From Hemiscyllium ocellatum (Eukaryota): a DNA stretch of 64,000 bases. Positions 12,871-25,512 of this stretch are shown here, piece after piece (positions within the stretch are counted from its first letter, which is position 1; each line of letters begins with the position of its first letter). Location: NCBI RefSeq assembly GCF_020745735.1, contig NC_083439.1, positions 30,580,596-30,644,595 on the forward strand. The letters are read 5' to 3'. Below the pieces are notes generated by a model. The model was not told where the DNA came from and did not search any database. It saw only the letters and a program-made list of their open reading frames with translations. The translations under genes and the position numbers were made by a program.

Positions 12871-13028
12871 CGTACAGATTTGGGCTATCCGTGATACAAT
12901 GGTGTTCTCAAAAAAGTCAAATTCTTTGCCAGTTTCGCTGAAGAAGAAGTAGACTTTTCCATCATCGCTGTCAGAATTCTTTGCAGACACTCCCTCCTGA
13001 ATAAACTCCGAACCTACAAATGATGGAT
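12871..13028 (-). CDS. SEMA4B: Semaphorin-4B-like exon (DPSFVGSEFIQEGVSAKNSDSDDGKVYFFFSETGKEFDFFENTIVSRIAQICT)
   Basis: 158 nt, ttttacag| and |gtaaat. YFFFSETGxEFxFFENTIVSRIAxIC is close to SEMA4B. The paralog assignment (4B versus another class-4 gene) rests on recalled similarity only. Confidence 0.93.
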
Positions 13029-15296
13029 CTGTAAAACATGCCAAACAGTTAAAAATATGTCTATCCAGGAGTTCGATGTAAATCACGAGGATCCTTACCA
13101 TGGAATCTTGCAAACAATGCTAAGTTTGACAAAGTGAATTCAATGGGGCTTTTGTATTTGAAGTGATTAGATGTTGCTTTAAATGCCGCCAGGCAAATGC
13201 TGTGTAGAATCAGAACGTTAATGGCCTGGCTTTTACCCCTTGGCAGGGTTTGCTGTTCCGCCCACTGAAATGATCATGGGGTGAAATGCCTCCATTAAAT
13301 CCAGGCTGCTCAGAAGCAAGAATCTCATTAGCTCACAGCAAGCCTGGCACAACAGTCCATGATATGCAGGGGAATAAATGCACAGAATACATTCCTGTAC
13401 TCCATAAAGCATCTTTCTGTCTGGACAATAACAAAGCAGTCAAAGGCAAGACATCACTTGCTATTAGTGTTTTATTTCATCCGCACCAGGGTCAGTAAAG
13501 CAACGATGAGAAAAGTCTAATTGGAAAGTTTGTTAAGCGCAACAATGTCAACAAAAGAGAAATGCCCCAAAACCCAGTGACCTGTGGTCAGGACCCACTG
13601 TCTTTTCAATCTAAGAGCATTTGGATCTTTGCCTCATGATTCAGCCTTGAGTTTGCTGAATTAAGTGACAGTTCCACTCTATCAAGATTGCCCTGGGTGG
13701 CTGCTGCCAAGTTATAGAGTCATTCTTACATAATCCTATTATTTTCATGTTCATCCACTATCAAAAGATCTCTCTTGCTTGTCCAGAGGGAGGTTGGTGT
13801 ATTACAGCTCTATAAAGAGAATGCTGGTATCCACGGTATTTATTAATAACCAACCTGGAGGGCCATGCTTTACGGGTTAAGATAACATAGAATTACAGAG
13901 ATTGGTTTTGTAGACACCCTTTACACTTATTTTAATGCATCAGATCCAGTAAATGCCTTATGAGGAGAGATTGAGGAAACAGTTTCTGTATTCTCTCATT
14001 TCAAAGTATGACAGAGAATTTTACAGCATGGAATTTTTACAGTATAGTTAGAGATATTCTCCTGGCTGGTAACTCTAGCACATAATCTCAGGATAAGGGG
14101 CTGGTCATTAGTGGCGGAGATGAAGAATTTCGTCACTCAGAGGATGGTGAATCTTTTGAATTCTCTACCAGAGAAAGCTGTGGAAGCTCAATCACTGAGT
14201 TTGTTCAAGACAGAAATAAAGGATGGTGTAGTGACTCAGTAGATAGCTCTGCTATCTCAAAGTGCCACAGTCCTGGGTTCAATTCCTGCTTTTGGTTACT
14301 GTTTAAGTGGAGTTTGCACATTCTCCCTGAGTCTGCGTGGATTCCTCCCATAGGTAGATTGGTCATGGGAAACGCAGGGTTATTGCCATCAGGTTGAGGG
14401 CTAGATGTGGATGTAATGCTCTTCAGAGGATCAGAGCAGACTCTATGGGCCTCTTCCTTTAGGGAAGTGGTTCTATGAACATATGTATAGAGACTTTTGA
14501 ATTAAGGAACAGAGTGAGAAAATGACATTGAGATGATCTAGAATGAGCTAACTTTCAATCTTTAATTTGTGTTCACATGCTGAAACAAATCTTGTCTGAA
14601 TATAGCCAACGTCAGCTATACTGAACGCTAAGTGTACTGTTTTGGGATTCAGTACCGGGACAGAAACAGTGATTTGGCACGATGGGGCAGGCGAGGGAGT
14701 AATATAGTGGTGATATTACTGGACTAGTAACGGCATCCTCAAACTAACATGGTAAATGGTGAATTTGACTTTAATTTACAAAAAATATCTAGAAATAAAA
14801 CTCATCTGATAGCAACCCTGTAATCACTGGTTGTAAAAACCATGTGGTGTCCTCTCTTGTCCTTTAGGGATGGAAATCTGCTGTCCTTACCTGTTCCGCC
14901 TATTTGTGACTCTAGACCCAGAACAAATATGGTTGAATCTCAAATATCTGATTAAATGGCCTTGCAAGCCACTCAGTTCAATACAGATGGGCATCGATAT
15001 CCCACAAAAAAAAGTTAAAAACTCTAGCCACGTGGAGGGAGGCAGAACTTTGGTTCCAGCTGCTTCTTACACTGTTTGCATGTGTTGACCCCTCTTTTGA
15101 TCTTGTGGGCCATCATCTCTCCTGAACTCCACGTCTCCCTGTAATGATGGAGCTCGGGTCAGCAATCAACCCTGGGCTACCTTCACACACCAGCACTGCT
15201 GTCCTGGAACGTCCACTCTGATAAGGTGTAGTTAGCTATTTTAAAGAAATTCATCTTTACAATGCATATCTCATGCGTTTGTTGCCTGTTACTTAC

Positions 15297-15413
15297 CTTG
15301 AAGCCAATTGAGAGAGTTCTCTGTTTTTAAGGGAGGTTTGTTACCCAGACTTCTTGAAATGATTGGCTCATTCCCTTGAAAATTGCTGACCGTTCCTGCA
15401 TATAGCGCCCCAT
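15297..15413 (-). CDS. SEMA4B: Semaphorin-4B-like exon (DGALYAGTVSNFQGNEPIISRSLGNKPPLKTENSLNWLQ)
   Basis: 117 nt, ctaccag| and |gtaagt; phase 1/1. KTExSLNWLQ matches SEMA4B as I recall it. Confidence 0.95.
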
Positions 15414-15856
15414 CTGGTAGAAGCAAAGACAAGCACAGATTAAAGGCATCAATAGAATTCTTCAGGAGTTAATAATATCAGATTCAAAAAGTTGAAACAC
15501 AGTTAATCAAAGAATGCAAGAGAACTGTGGCTTCAATGCCTTTTTCTTTATTCTTCTACAGGATTTGAGTATTGATAGAACAGACAAAACTTATTGTCCA
15601 TCCCTAATTGCCCTGGAAAGGTGACAGTGAGCTACGTTTTGAATGGCTGCAGTCCTTCTGGTATAGAAGTACCCACGGTGCTGTTAGGGTAGGAGCTCCA
15701 GAAGTTAAACCCAGCAACAGTGAAGGAAAGGCAATACGGTTCCAAGTGAAGATGATGTATAGCTCAGTGGGGAAATCTCAGGTGTTGGTGTTCCCATATA
15801 TTATCCTCCCTTGTGTTTCTGCATGGTAGGGGTCATGGGTTTGGAAAGTAATGTTT

Positions 15857-16167
15857 AGGTTAGAGTAGATTCCCTACAGTGTGGAAACAGGCCCTTTGGC
15901 CCAATAAGTCCACACCGACCCTCCGAAGAGCAACCCACCCGTTCGCCTACATCTTACCCATGACTAATCCACCTAACACGATGGGCAATTTAGCATGGCC
16001 AACTGACCTGACCTGCACATTTTTGGAGTATGAGAGGAAACCGGAGCAACCCCACGCAGACACGGGGAGAACGTGCAAACTCCACACAGATGGTTGCCCG
16101 AGCCGGGAATCGAACCCAGGTCCCTGGTGCTGTGAGGCAGCGGTGCTAACCGCTGAGCCACTGTGAC
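15857..16167 (-). mobile_element. tRNA-derived V-SINE (HE1-like)
   Basis: A box (gtggctcagcggttagc), B box (gggttcgattccc), V-domain gtgtggagtttgcacgttctccccgtgtctgcgtggg, CR1-like tail. Confidence 0.9.
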
Positions 16168-17533
16168 ACCCAATCTGTTGGTGAGTTGCTGCCACTGTGG
16201 TGGAGAGTGACTATTTAACTTGTGGATCAGAGGGGTTGCTTTATCCTGGAATGTTTTGAGCTCCTTGAGCATTATTGGAGTTGCACACATGTCGGCAAGT
16301 GGAGGGGGAGTTCATCACATTCCTGGTTTTTGGCAAAATGTACAGCTTTGGGAAGTCAGAAAGTGACTTACGGTATAATTCCCAAACTTCACCCTGCACT
16401 TACAGCTACAGAACTGATGTAGTTCACCCCACTGTGTTGTTGGCCAACTATGACATCCAGAATGGTGACAGTGAAGGGATCAGTAATGGTAATGCTGTTG
16501 AACATCAAGGGAAATGTGATGATCTCTTTTTTTTTGTAAGTAATCAATGCCTGGCACTTCTGTGGCACAACTGTGTTTGCCACTTCTCAGACTAAGTCTA
16601 AATGTTGTGCAAGTCTTACTTCATAGTGGCACTGTCTGTTTCTTGAAGGGATTAGAAGTGGAACTGAACATGGGGCCACCATTAGCAAACACGTGTGACC
16701 TTATGATTGAGGAAAGGTCCTTGAGTGAGCAGCTAAAGATGACACTACCCTGAGCAAATTCTAAAGGCATATTATGGAAGAGAAAACTTGGCCTCAGCAA
16801 CTACAATCATCCTCTTTTATGCTAGTTACGACTCCAGTGAATGAAGATTTGTCACTCCCGATTCCCATTGACTGAATCCAGTTACGCTTGGGCTCTGTCA
16901 AAGTATAATCACTCTCGCCACACCTCTGGAAGTCAGCTCTTTTGTATATGCTTGGATCCAGGCTGCAATGTGTGGCCCAGTGTTGAGTCTTGCTGACTGA
17001 GAGGGAACAGCAGAAACAGCAGTGGCCAATCAGCCTCTCGAGTCTGATCCACCATTCGTTTACATGGTTGTTGACCTCAACACCATTAACCCACCTCTGC
17101 TCCATATCTCTTCTTACTCCAACATAACAAATATCTGTCAGTCTCAGTCTTGAATCACAATTGACCCAGTCCTCAGTCTTCTAGTCATAGAATCGTAAGC
17201 CCAGCTCGTCCATGCTAACCAGATTTCCTAAATTGAACTAGTCACATTTGCCCATTTTCCCAGCATTTCTGCTTTTGTTTCTGATTTCCAGCATCAAAAT
17301 TCATTTGATTTTTTTGACCCACTTGCCTGCATTTGGTCCATGTCCCTCTGAATCGTTCTTATCCCTGGACCTGTCCAAAACTAACCTGAACTTCCTTCCA
17401 ACCTATTTTTATAACAGCGTTTCTTGATTTTCTTCTTTAATGGCATTTTAAGATTTCTACCTTAGTTCAGGAAAACAAAAAAAGATAGTTTCCCTTTGTG
17501 CACTGTGTGAATTCTGACATAATCTTCAATAAC

Positions 17534-17626
17534 AAGCTGAAAATGTGTTGCTGGAAAAGCGCAGCAGGTCAGGCAGCATCCAAGGAGCAGGAGAATCGAC
17601 GTTTCGGGCATGAGCCCTTCTTCAGG
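17534..17626 (-). mobile_element. 93-bp Penelope pLTR insertion carrying an intact hammerhead core
   Basis: GAUUC-CUGAAGA-A-GGGC-UCAU-GCCC-GAAAC-GUC-GAUUC. 13-bp TSD aatcttcaataac at 17521-17533 and 17627-17639. Confidence 0.85.
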
Positions 17627-17874
17627 AATCTTCAATAACCCAAATCAGATCTTCCAAGCTCCAGAGAAAGAAAAACTGAGCGAAACCACTGGAAGAGTCA
17701 GGTTCACTGGCAGGAACAACATCTGTTCAGCAGAGCAAACCTTTACTGGATTAAGATGTACACTCCAACCAGCAACCCTGTAATCTGACAGTTAACTGGC
17801 TCAGGATACCATCTCATTTACAGAGTTATAATCACATACTGGGCAACCAGCACTTGAAACCCGCTTTTACCCAC

Positions 17875-17986
17875 CAACCATAATTGCAGTCGATTTATAG
17901 GTCGGGTCAAAGGGACAGCGGCCTTTTCCATCTTCTGTTAAGAGATTACCAAAGCGACTTTTCTCAAGAGAGAAGTTTGCGATATG
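17875..17986 (-). CDS. SEMA4B: Semaphorin-4B-like exon (HIANFSLEKSRFGNLLTEDGKGRCPFDPTYKSTAIMV)
   Basis: 112 nt, cccttgtag| and |gtgggt. EDGKGRCPFDP motif; ends in phase 1. Confidence 0.95.
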
Positions 17987-18082
17987 CTACAAGGGAAAGA
18001 TAACAGGTTACACCTTGTGCTTGCAAGTAGCCGGCAACATTTTAAATTCTTCACATCCAAAGACAGCAGTGACAACACTTAC

Positions 18083-18181
18083 GATGTAGGCACAAGTTGG
18101 GCTGAAAGCATAAGTCCCACAAACATAAACGTGTGTGCTGTTCACCGGAAGGAGGATTTTGATGTAGTTGAAGCAATCACT
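18083..18181 (-). CDS. SEMA4B: Semaphorin-4B-like exon (SDCFNYIKILLPVNSTHVYVCGTYAFSPTCAYI)
   Basis: 99 nt, ggtttcag| and |gtaagt. Contains the hallmark Sema motifs DCxNYIKILL and CGTxAFxPxC. Confidence 0.95.
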
Positions 18182-18259
18182 CTGAAACCAGAGAAACCCA
18201 TTAGAACCTCTGACTCGCCATTGCTCTTAAATGTACCTCAACAGTTAATTTTCACCTAC

Positions 18260-18322
18260 CGACAGGCTCTTGCCCTTAAAGTGACACTCGTTCCTCTTCT
18301 GCTCTGGGACTTCCCAAATCAC
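18260..18322 (-). CDS. SEMA4B: Semaphorin-4B-like exon (VIWEVPEQKRNECHFKGKSLS)
   Basis: 63 nt, ttttacag| and |gtaggt. WxxxxxKxxxCxFKGK motif; phase 0/0. Not in the ORF track; translated by hand. Confidence 0.92.
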
Positions 18323-20571
18323 CTGTAAAAAGGATATTCAGATTTGATTCAAGATCTTGCGCTGACATCCATTAAACAACCAATAATCCATCTCAACTCT
18401 TCACTGTCAACAGCCTGTCTTTGCCGTCAAAGCTGCTAAAGGCAGGGAATGCACAGTTTATGGTTCTAGCAGGTGGAATCACTAACAACCTATTGACAGA
18501 AACTCACTGTCAACAGATTTCAGAAATTGTGACTTTGGGTCCATTTTATTAAGTTCAGGACGCTGACAAAATGGTTCAGTCCAATGCTCAGTCAGGTGTT
18601 CTTTGGATGTAACGACATTAGACTTCCTCATTTACATAACAGGGGTGTCTAGAAAATAGCCCATCTCTATATTAGGTCAAACTGGTACAATCTCAGCCCT
18701 CTATATGGGGATTGGCTACTGTATGGTACAGAATGATGCCAACGAAGTGGGTTCAATCCCTTTCCTGTTTGTAGTAGTTCAAATATACCTACTTATTCTC
18801 ATTGTCCCATGCTTAATGTGCAGTGGTGCCCTTAATTTACATAACCACTTATCTCAACCTGTCTCTAACAAAGATAGAAGCCTTTGGTTTCTCATGGACT
18901 ATCACTAAGCAGCAATTTCTTTGCCTATCTGCACCCAAGCCTGAACAGGCCCCTTTTACAGCCAAGTTAGCCTTCATGAATCAACTTAAGTGAGCAATGC
19001 TTCACTCAAGCACCACTGATAACATTTTTAAAAAGGCAGTCGTTATCCAGTCAGCCCTTCAGATTCACTGTGCTGTTCCACAACGTTAAGGTTGATCTTC
19101 TAACTGAGGCTCGATCATGTGATCCAATGAATTCCACGTGACAGGAGGGGCGAGTCAACATTGGAGTAACATTGTGGAATGAGGAGAAGGAGCCAATGAC
19201 CACGTGGCACTTTGACTGCCTCCTATTATAATAGAGAAGCCACCCTTTCCAACAGTGCCTGTCATTAGTGGTTGGCAGTCACACAGTGGGATGCACACAG
19301 TCTCCACTTCAAAACATTTCCAGACAGTTCCTATTCAAATGTTGGGAACTGAGAGAGATTTTCCAACTGCAGTTTGAACAATCTATTAAAGCAGCTCCTT
19401 AAAAGTCAACTCATGCTCCACCACAGTTGAGTGTCTACAGCAGAAAGTCTTTAGTCATTTACTATAGTAGTGCAGTTGTGCCATTCGTCACAATAAACAG
19501 AATAATCAAAATCAACCCCCCTCCGAGAGATTAAAGAAAAGACATAAAACATTCAAAGCACAGAGAATCCCACTTACAATGTAGGAGACCAGTGAGGAAA
19601 TGAACCTAACAAAGAATTGGAGCAACTGGATGCAATTCTCTGTCTAATGTTGTAAACCATCTCTCACTTTCTTTCCCTGACAAACTGGAAATGCCACTTC
19701 CATTATAAATCAGTGATTTACTCCTTTCCCTTTTCTCAAGAATTAACAGAATTTGGTGAATGGCTGATAGTCTATTGCCGGTCTCCTTCAATAAAGGCGT
19801 ACATTTCAACAAAACTCAGTGTACTTTGTATTTTCGTTCTTTGTTTCTAGAAATTCATTTGCTGCCACTAATAGTGTTCAGCACCCTGACAATAGTTGGA
19901 GTAGCAATATTCAGTGTGGGGTTCCAAGACTAACTGATGTTGATAACAGGATTAACGATGCCTTCAGGAAACTGTGCGAAATTTCAATGATAACTATTCA
20001 ATTCAGGATTGTCAAGAAGGAGCCCCTCACTGGTTCACCACACATGACTGTCGCTGACCTGACAACCTCAATATCAAATTGGATTGCTTCTGTCAGATCT
20101 GGGCCGAGGCTCCCTCCAAATTGGGAGCCAGCAGAGAGTTAGTCTGCACAGGCTTTGGGAAGCTGGGCTCATCTTGGTTCAGTAATTACACGACATGAGT
20201 GACAGCAGGAGATATGCTGTCAGTCATTGCTTCAGGGAGAGGCGCCGAGCATTTAATGACAGAATTGGAGCTGGGGTGGAGGGAAATTCGGTGAAACAAT
20301 GTGACTGAACTGTATCTTTGTGACCCTGTGCCTGTGTCTGGATGTATGCTCTGACAACTGACAGTGAAGCGTACTTTGATAGTTCCCAATGGACTTGCAT
20401 CGACAGTCAAGACATTCTTCTGCTTTGTGCCATAGCACTAATTGTCCATTAAATCCCAAATGAATGACGTTTAAAAGAAATAAGGAAGAGAAATAGCCAA
20501 GTATGACAGCACTTATTTGCTCTGCAGCAAGATAACGTCCCACCACTGTTCAGCTGGAAATAAGAATATAC

Positions 20572-20732
20572 CTCATTTTTAAATTCATTGGGAGCAATAT
20601 TGAAAATGTCCAAAGAGAAAATGGCATCTTTTGCACCAACATAGAGCAGTCCATGTTCGGGACTCAGCAGCAGCTTTGTGTAGTTTCTCACTCCGTCTCG
20701 ATGGAAATGTTTGACAGGTCTGTCTGTGTTAT
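20572..20732 (-). CDS. SEMA4B: Semaphorin-4B-like, first Sema-domain exon (DNTDRPVKHFHRDGVRNYTKLLLSPEHGLLYVGAKDAIFSLDIFNIAPNEFKNE)
   Basis: 161 nt, acceptor tctttcag| and donor |gtatat. The NYTxLLLSxxxxxLYVGAxxAxFxL motif is typical of class-4 semaphorins. Starts in phase 1, ends in phase 0. Confidence 0.9.
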
Positions 20733-22382
20733 CTGAAAGAGAAGAAATCCTCCTGATTAGAGCAAGTGGCAAAAGACCTTTCCTCCCAAAACAGACAGGC
20801 AGCTGACAGCAGCCTCTCGCTCCAGTTCGTCGGGCTTTCTGGAAACGTTTTACCTTGAATATAATTTGGGAGGTAATTTAGCAGGTCTGGCAGCATCTGT
20901 GGAAAGAAAGCAGAGTTAATTTTGCCAGTCCAGTGACCCTACTTCAGAACTGGACTCGAATCATTAACTCTACTTTCTCACCACGGATACTGCTAGGCCT
21001 GCTGAGTTTCTCCAGCAATTTCTCTGCTTGCTTCAGATCTGCAGTATCCACAGTTTTTTGTTTTATTTGAGAGGTAATTGCCAGTTTAAATATCTGAAAC
21101 TCAAATGGACAGTATAATACAGTACAGTGGGATGCTTACAGTACAGGAGGAGGCCATTCAACCCACTGTGTCTGTGCTAGTTCTTTGAAGGAGAAAGTCA
21201 CATGCTGCCATTCCCGTGCCTTTAAGCTGCAACTGTTTCACCTTTTCAGACAATGAGCCAATTCCCTTTTGGTTGAACTAGCCTCTGCCACGTTCTCAGG
21301 CAGCGCATTTCAGATCCTAACTGGTCCATGTATGGAAGATCTTCCTTTAAGTTACCATTGATTCCTTTGCTAAATTATCTTAAAGCTGTGATCCTCAAAT
21401 TTTCCACGGTGGTTAACAATTTCTCTCTATCTGCTCTGTCCAGACCCTTCAGGATTTTGTGCATCTCGATCAAATCTCCACTCAACCATCTCTTTCCCAA
21501 AGAAAACAGTCCCAACTTCTCCAAACATCTGTATAAAACTCAAAAGCAAAATATGTCACTTTTTAAAAGAGATTCAGAGGAAGGGGTTCAAAAAGGAAGG
21601 TTTTGCATCTTTGTGGTGCCTCATTGATTTGTACCTCAATGTAATATACAACCTTTGAGGTGCAGACACTAAAAATGACCAGGTGGTCTTTTGATCTTGG
21701 TTGCAGTCATGGGAGCAATGTTGGTCTGGACACTGGAGAATTCCCTGTTTATACGGACAGGGCTATGGGTTGTCATGTCAACAGGTGGACTTTTAGTTTA
21801 ACAGCTCGTTTGCAAGATGGCACCTCTGACAATGAAGCACTCTCACATTACGGCACTGAATTTTCGGCTAGATAATCCACTGTAGCCTGTGACTGGATGT
21901 CCAATCATCAGACTTAACAATCATGAGACTGCCATGATTAAAATGGGCAACATTTAAGGGATGGTATGTTTAAATAGGGAGTAATTTACATCTCCACACC
22001 TTGGTTTAATTATCTACAATCTTCAAGCTCTTTTAGGTTGAAAACTGAACTGTCTTTCACTGTCTTTGTGAAATAAATTTAAAATATCCTTCCTTAATTG
22101 CACCATTGTGGGTTTTTTTATTCACTCATGGGATGAGGGTGTCACTGGCTAGGCCAGTATTTATTGCCCTTCACAAATTGCCCAAAGGGCAGTTAAAATT
22201 CAACCATGTTGCTGTGGGTCTGGAGTCACACATAGGCCAGAATAGGTAAGGATGGCAGTTTCTTTCCCTAAAGGGTATTAGTCAACAAGATAGGTTTTTC
22301 TGACAATCGACAATGGATTCACTTAATTCCAGATTTTTTACTGAATTCAAATTCCACCATCTGCCATGTTGGAATTTGAGTT

Positions 22383-22583
22383 CAGTGTGGTGCTGGAAAA
22401 GCACAGGAGGTCAGGCAGTATCGAAGGCTTTGGAGAATCAACATTTTGGGCAAATGTCCTTCATCAGCCTCATTCCTGATGAAGGGCTTTTGCCCATATC
22501 ATAGATTCCTCAGATGCTGCCTGACCACCTGTGCTTTTCCAGCACCACACTCTTGACTCTGACCTCCAGTCCTCACTTTCTCC
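22383..22583. mobile_element. Degenerate palindromic Penelope pLTR insertion within an older LINE tail
   Basis: Inverted family-A arms around cttcatcagcctcattcctgatgaag. Confidence 0.7.
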
Positions 22584-24384
22584 ATACTGGGATTTAAACC
22601 TGGGTCTCCAGGATATTAGCTGGGTCTCTGTATTAACAGCCCAGCAACAATACCACTAGGCCATTACTTCCCCGTAAGAAAGGCTGCCTGGAGACAGAGT
22701 CAATGGTGGCTTGCAACAGAGAAATGGATAATTATCTGAAGAGAAAGAATTGAGGGCTGATGGGGGAAAGGTAGGGGAGGGACACTGGGTGAGCTATTCT
22801 TGCACAGAGTTGGGGATAATGGGCTGAATGATCTTCCATCTTGTCATAGCTCTCCCATGGGATTCTGATTCCATGAAGACAACTTTAATTCCATGAATGA
22901 GCCATTTGGATATTAAAGTGTCTTCTCTGGTAACATTGTATAAATGTTACTGGGAACGTCGTGAATTTATATATTTACAAAATAATACATGCTACTCCAA
23001 ATATCAGCCCCATCACTTTGTGTGTGTCTAATCATATTTTGATAGCTGCCGAAATGTCACACTTGTACTAAAGTTATGAAAGACACAGTAAACAGTCACC
23101 CTTGGATGCCATCAAATAGGAACATGACAGACTCAATACTCTAGGCAGGGAATAAACACGAATGGGAAGAAGAGGTTTTAATGAATACCACAAATGTATT
23201 AATTTTTCAAACACCTTTGGCTTCATTACTCAAGAGTGTAAATGCTGGAATTTTTAATAAAAAGTTATATTGTGAAAATAAGACTGACTCAAGCAGTTGA
23301 CATCTAGTTGTTTATTTTCAAGAAACCATATTTTCAGTGCAGAGGATCAATTCACTGCACCTTGCTCAGTCAGGAAGCCACTATGCTGACACAAAACTAA
23401 ACTGCAATTTAATTTAAATTGATTAATAATTTAGCACGCTGATTAGTTTACAGGCTCCCATCAAATCCAATGACATTTTGTCGATATCACATGACAGACC
23501 CAGAGTCCATGCAATTATGTTGGATGTCACTGGATTGCCCTGAGCTGGAGTACTGCGTCACCCGCACCTTCGGAAGGATACTGTGGCCTTGAAGATGGTG
23601 CTGAGGTCACTTGTCTGAAAGAAGCCAGGGATAAAGGAGCTCAGCCATGGGGAGAGATTGGAGAATCTGAGATTGTTCTCACTGCAGAGAAGGCTAAGAG
23701 GAAATTGGATGGACCTGTTCAAAACGATGAAGTATTTTGATGGAGTTGATGGGTTTCCATTGGCAAGATACAAGGGAAGACCACCAAGTTCTCCTCTAAG
23801 CCAATCACCATCCCGATTTGGAAATATATTGCTGCCGATTGCTGTCACTGGATTACGCACACAGCAGAGTATTGTAGTGGTTCAAGAAGGCAGCTCACCA
23901 CCACCTTCCCAAGGGGTGACTAGAGATGGGCAATGAATTCAGTGCTGACCAATGATGCCCATGAGTAGAAATAAGACAGGTCACAGTAACCAGAGGTTAC
24001 CGATTTGAAATTATCGTCTGAGGAACCCAACAGGAGAAGGTTTTTTAACACTCACTTGTTTTTACCTGCATTACACTGACTAAAAGGGCTGTGGACACAG
24101 ATTCAATTTTCAAAGATGGGGGAAAGGTAGGGGAGGGACAAAGTTTAAAATGTGAAAAAGAAAAAATCTGGAGGCATAAGGGGAAAAACTGACATTACTT
24201 GATAGCTCTTCTGAAGAGGCGGCACATGTTAATATTCTTAATTAACATATTCAGACATATTATGACACACCTCTGGAGTAGATGGAACTTAGATCCCAGG
24301 CCTCCTCAGGTAGAGATAAGGACCTTACCACTGTGCCATAAACAGACCTCTAGAATAGGAATGATGAGCTAAACAGTCTCTTGG

Positions 24385-25512
24385 CGAAAGTAAAGACCGC
24401 AGATGCAGGAGATTAGTGTCGAGAATGTGGTGCTGGTAAAACACAGCAGGTCAGACAGCATCCACGCAGCAGGAGACTCGATGTTTCAGGCATAAGCCCT
24501 TCGTCAGGAATGAGGCTGGGAGCCTCAGGGTGGAGAGATAAATGGGAGTGGGGTAGGTGTGGGGGGAAGGTAGCTGAGAGCACGATAGGTGGATGATGGG
24601 GGAAAAGGTGATAGATCAGAGGGGAGGGTAGAGTGGATAGGTGGGAAGGAAGATGGACAGGTCATGAGGATGACACTGAGCTGGAAGGTTGGAATTGGGA
24701 TAAGGAGAGGAGAGGGGAAATGAGGAAACCGGTGACATCCACATTGATGCCATATGGTTGGATGGTCCCGATATGGAAGATGAGGCGTTTTTCCTCCAGC
24801 CATCGGGTGGTTAGTGTGTGGCGATGGGGGAGGCCCAGGACCTGCATGTCCTTGGCAGAGTGGGAGGGGGAATTGAAGTGTTCAGCCACTGGGCAGTGGG
24901 ATTGATTGGCGCCCTGCAGATGTTCTCTGAAGCGCTCTACAAGGAGATATCCTGTTTCCAGTGTAGAGGAGACTGCATCGGGAGCACAGTAAATGAAATG
25001 TGTGGAAGAGCAAGTAAAACTCTAATAAATGTGAAAGGCTCCTTTGGGGATTTGGATGGAGGTGAGGAGGGAGGTATGGTTGCAGGTTCAGCAATTCCTG
25101 CAGTTGATGGGGAAGGTGCCAGGAGGGGAGGGTGGGTTGGTGGACGGGTGGGAAATGGATGAGATGCTCTGGAGGGCAACATCGACCATGTGGGAGGGGA
25201 AATTGTGGTCTTGAAAGAAGGAGGCCATCTGGTATGTTCTATCGGTGGAATTAGTCCTCCTGGGAGCAGATGCGGCAGAGGCAGAGGAATTGGGAATAAG
25301 GGATAGTGTTTTTCCAGGAGGCAGGGTGGGAGGAGATGTAGTCCAGGTAAACTGTGGGAGTCGGTGGGTTTGTAGAAAATGCCAGTATTGTGTCGGTCAC
25401 CATTGATGGAGATGGAGAGGTTGAGGTAGAGGAGGGAGGTGACTGAGATGGTGCAGGCGAATTTAAGGTCAAGGTGGAATGCGTTGGTGAAGTTGATGAA
25501 CTGTTCAACCTC
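24385..25512 (-). mobile_element. Penelope-like retroelement fragment (RT C-terminus, GIY-YIG, pLTR with hammerhead at 24476-24511)
   Basis: Frameshifted remnants YLDYISSHP...IPYSQFLCLCRICSQED and AEHFNSPSHS...LEEKRLIFHIGTIQPYGINVD. Hammerhead AUUC-CUGACGA-A-GGGC-UUAU-GCCU-GAAAC-AUC-GAGU. Confidence 0.88.

Noticed and set aside
12811-13113. ORF-track boundaries for the semaphorin ORFs (also 20449-20772)
   Set aside because: Only the parts between AG and GT splice sites are semaphorin-like; the extensions are intron read-through.
16085-16167. tRNA gene
   Set aside because: The A/B boxes belong to the tRNA-derived head of a SINE and continue into the SINE body and LINE-like tail. The same applies to the other copies.
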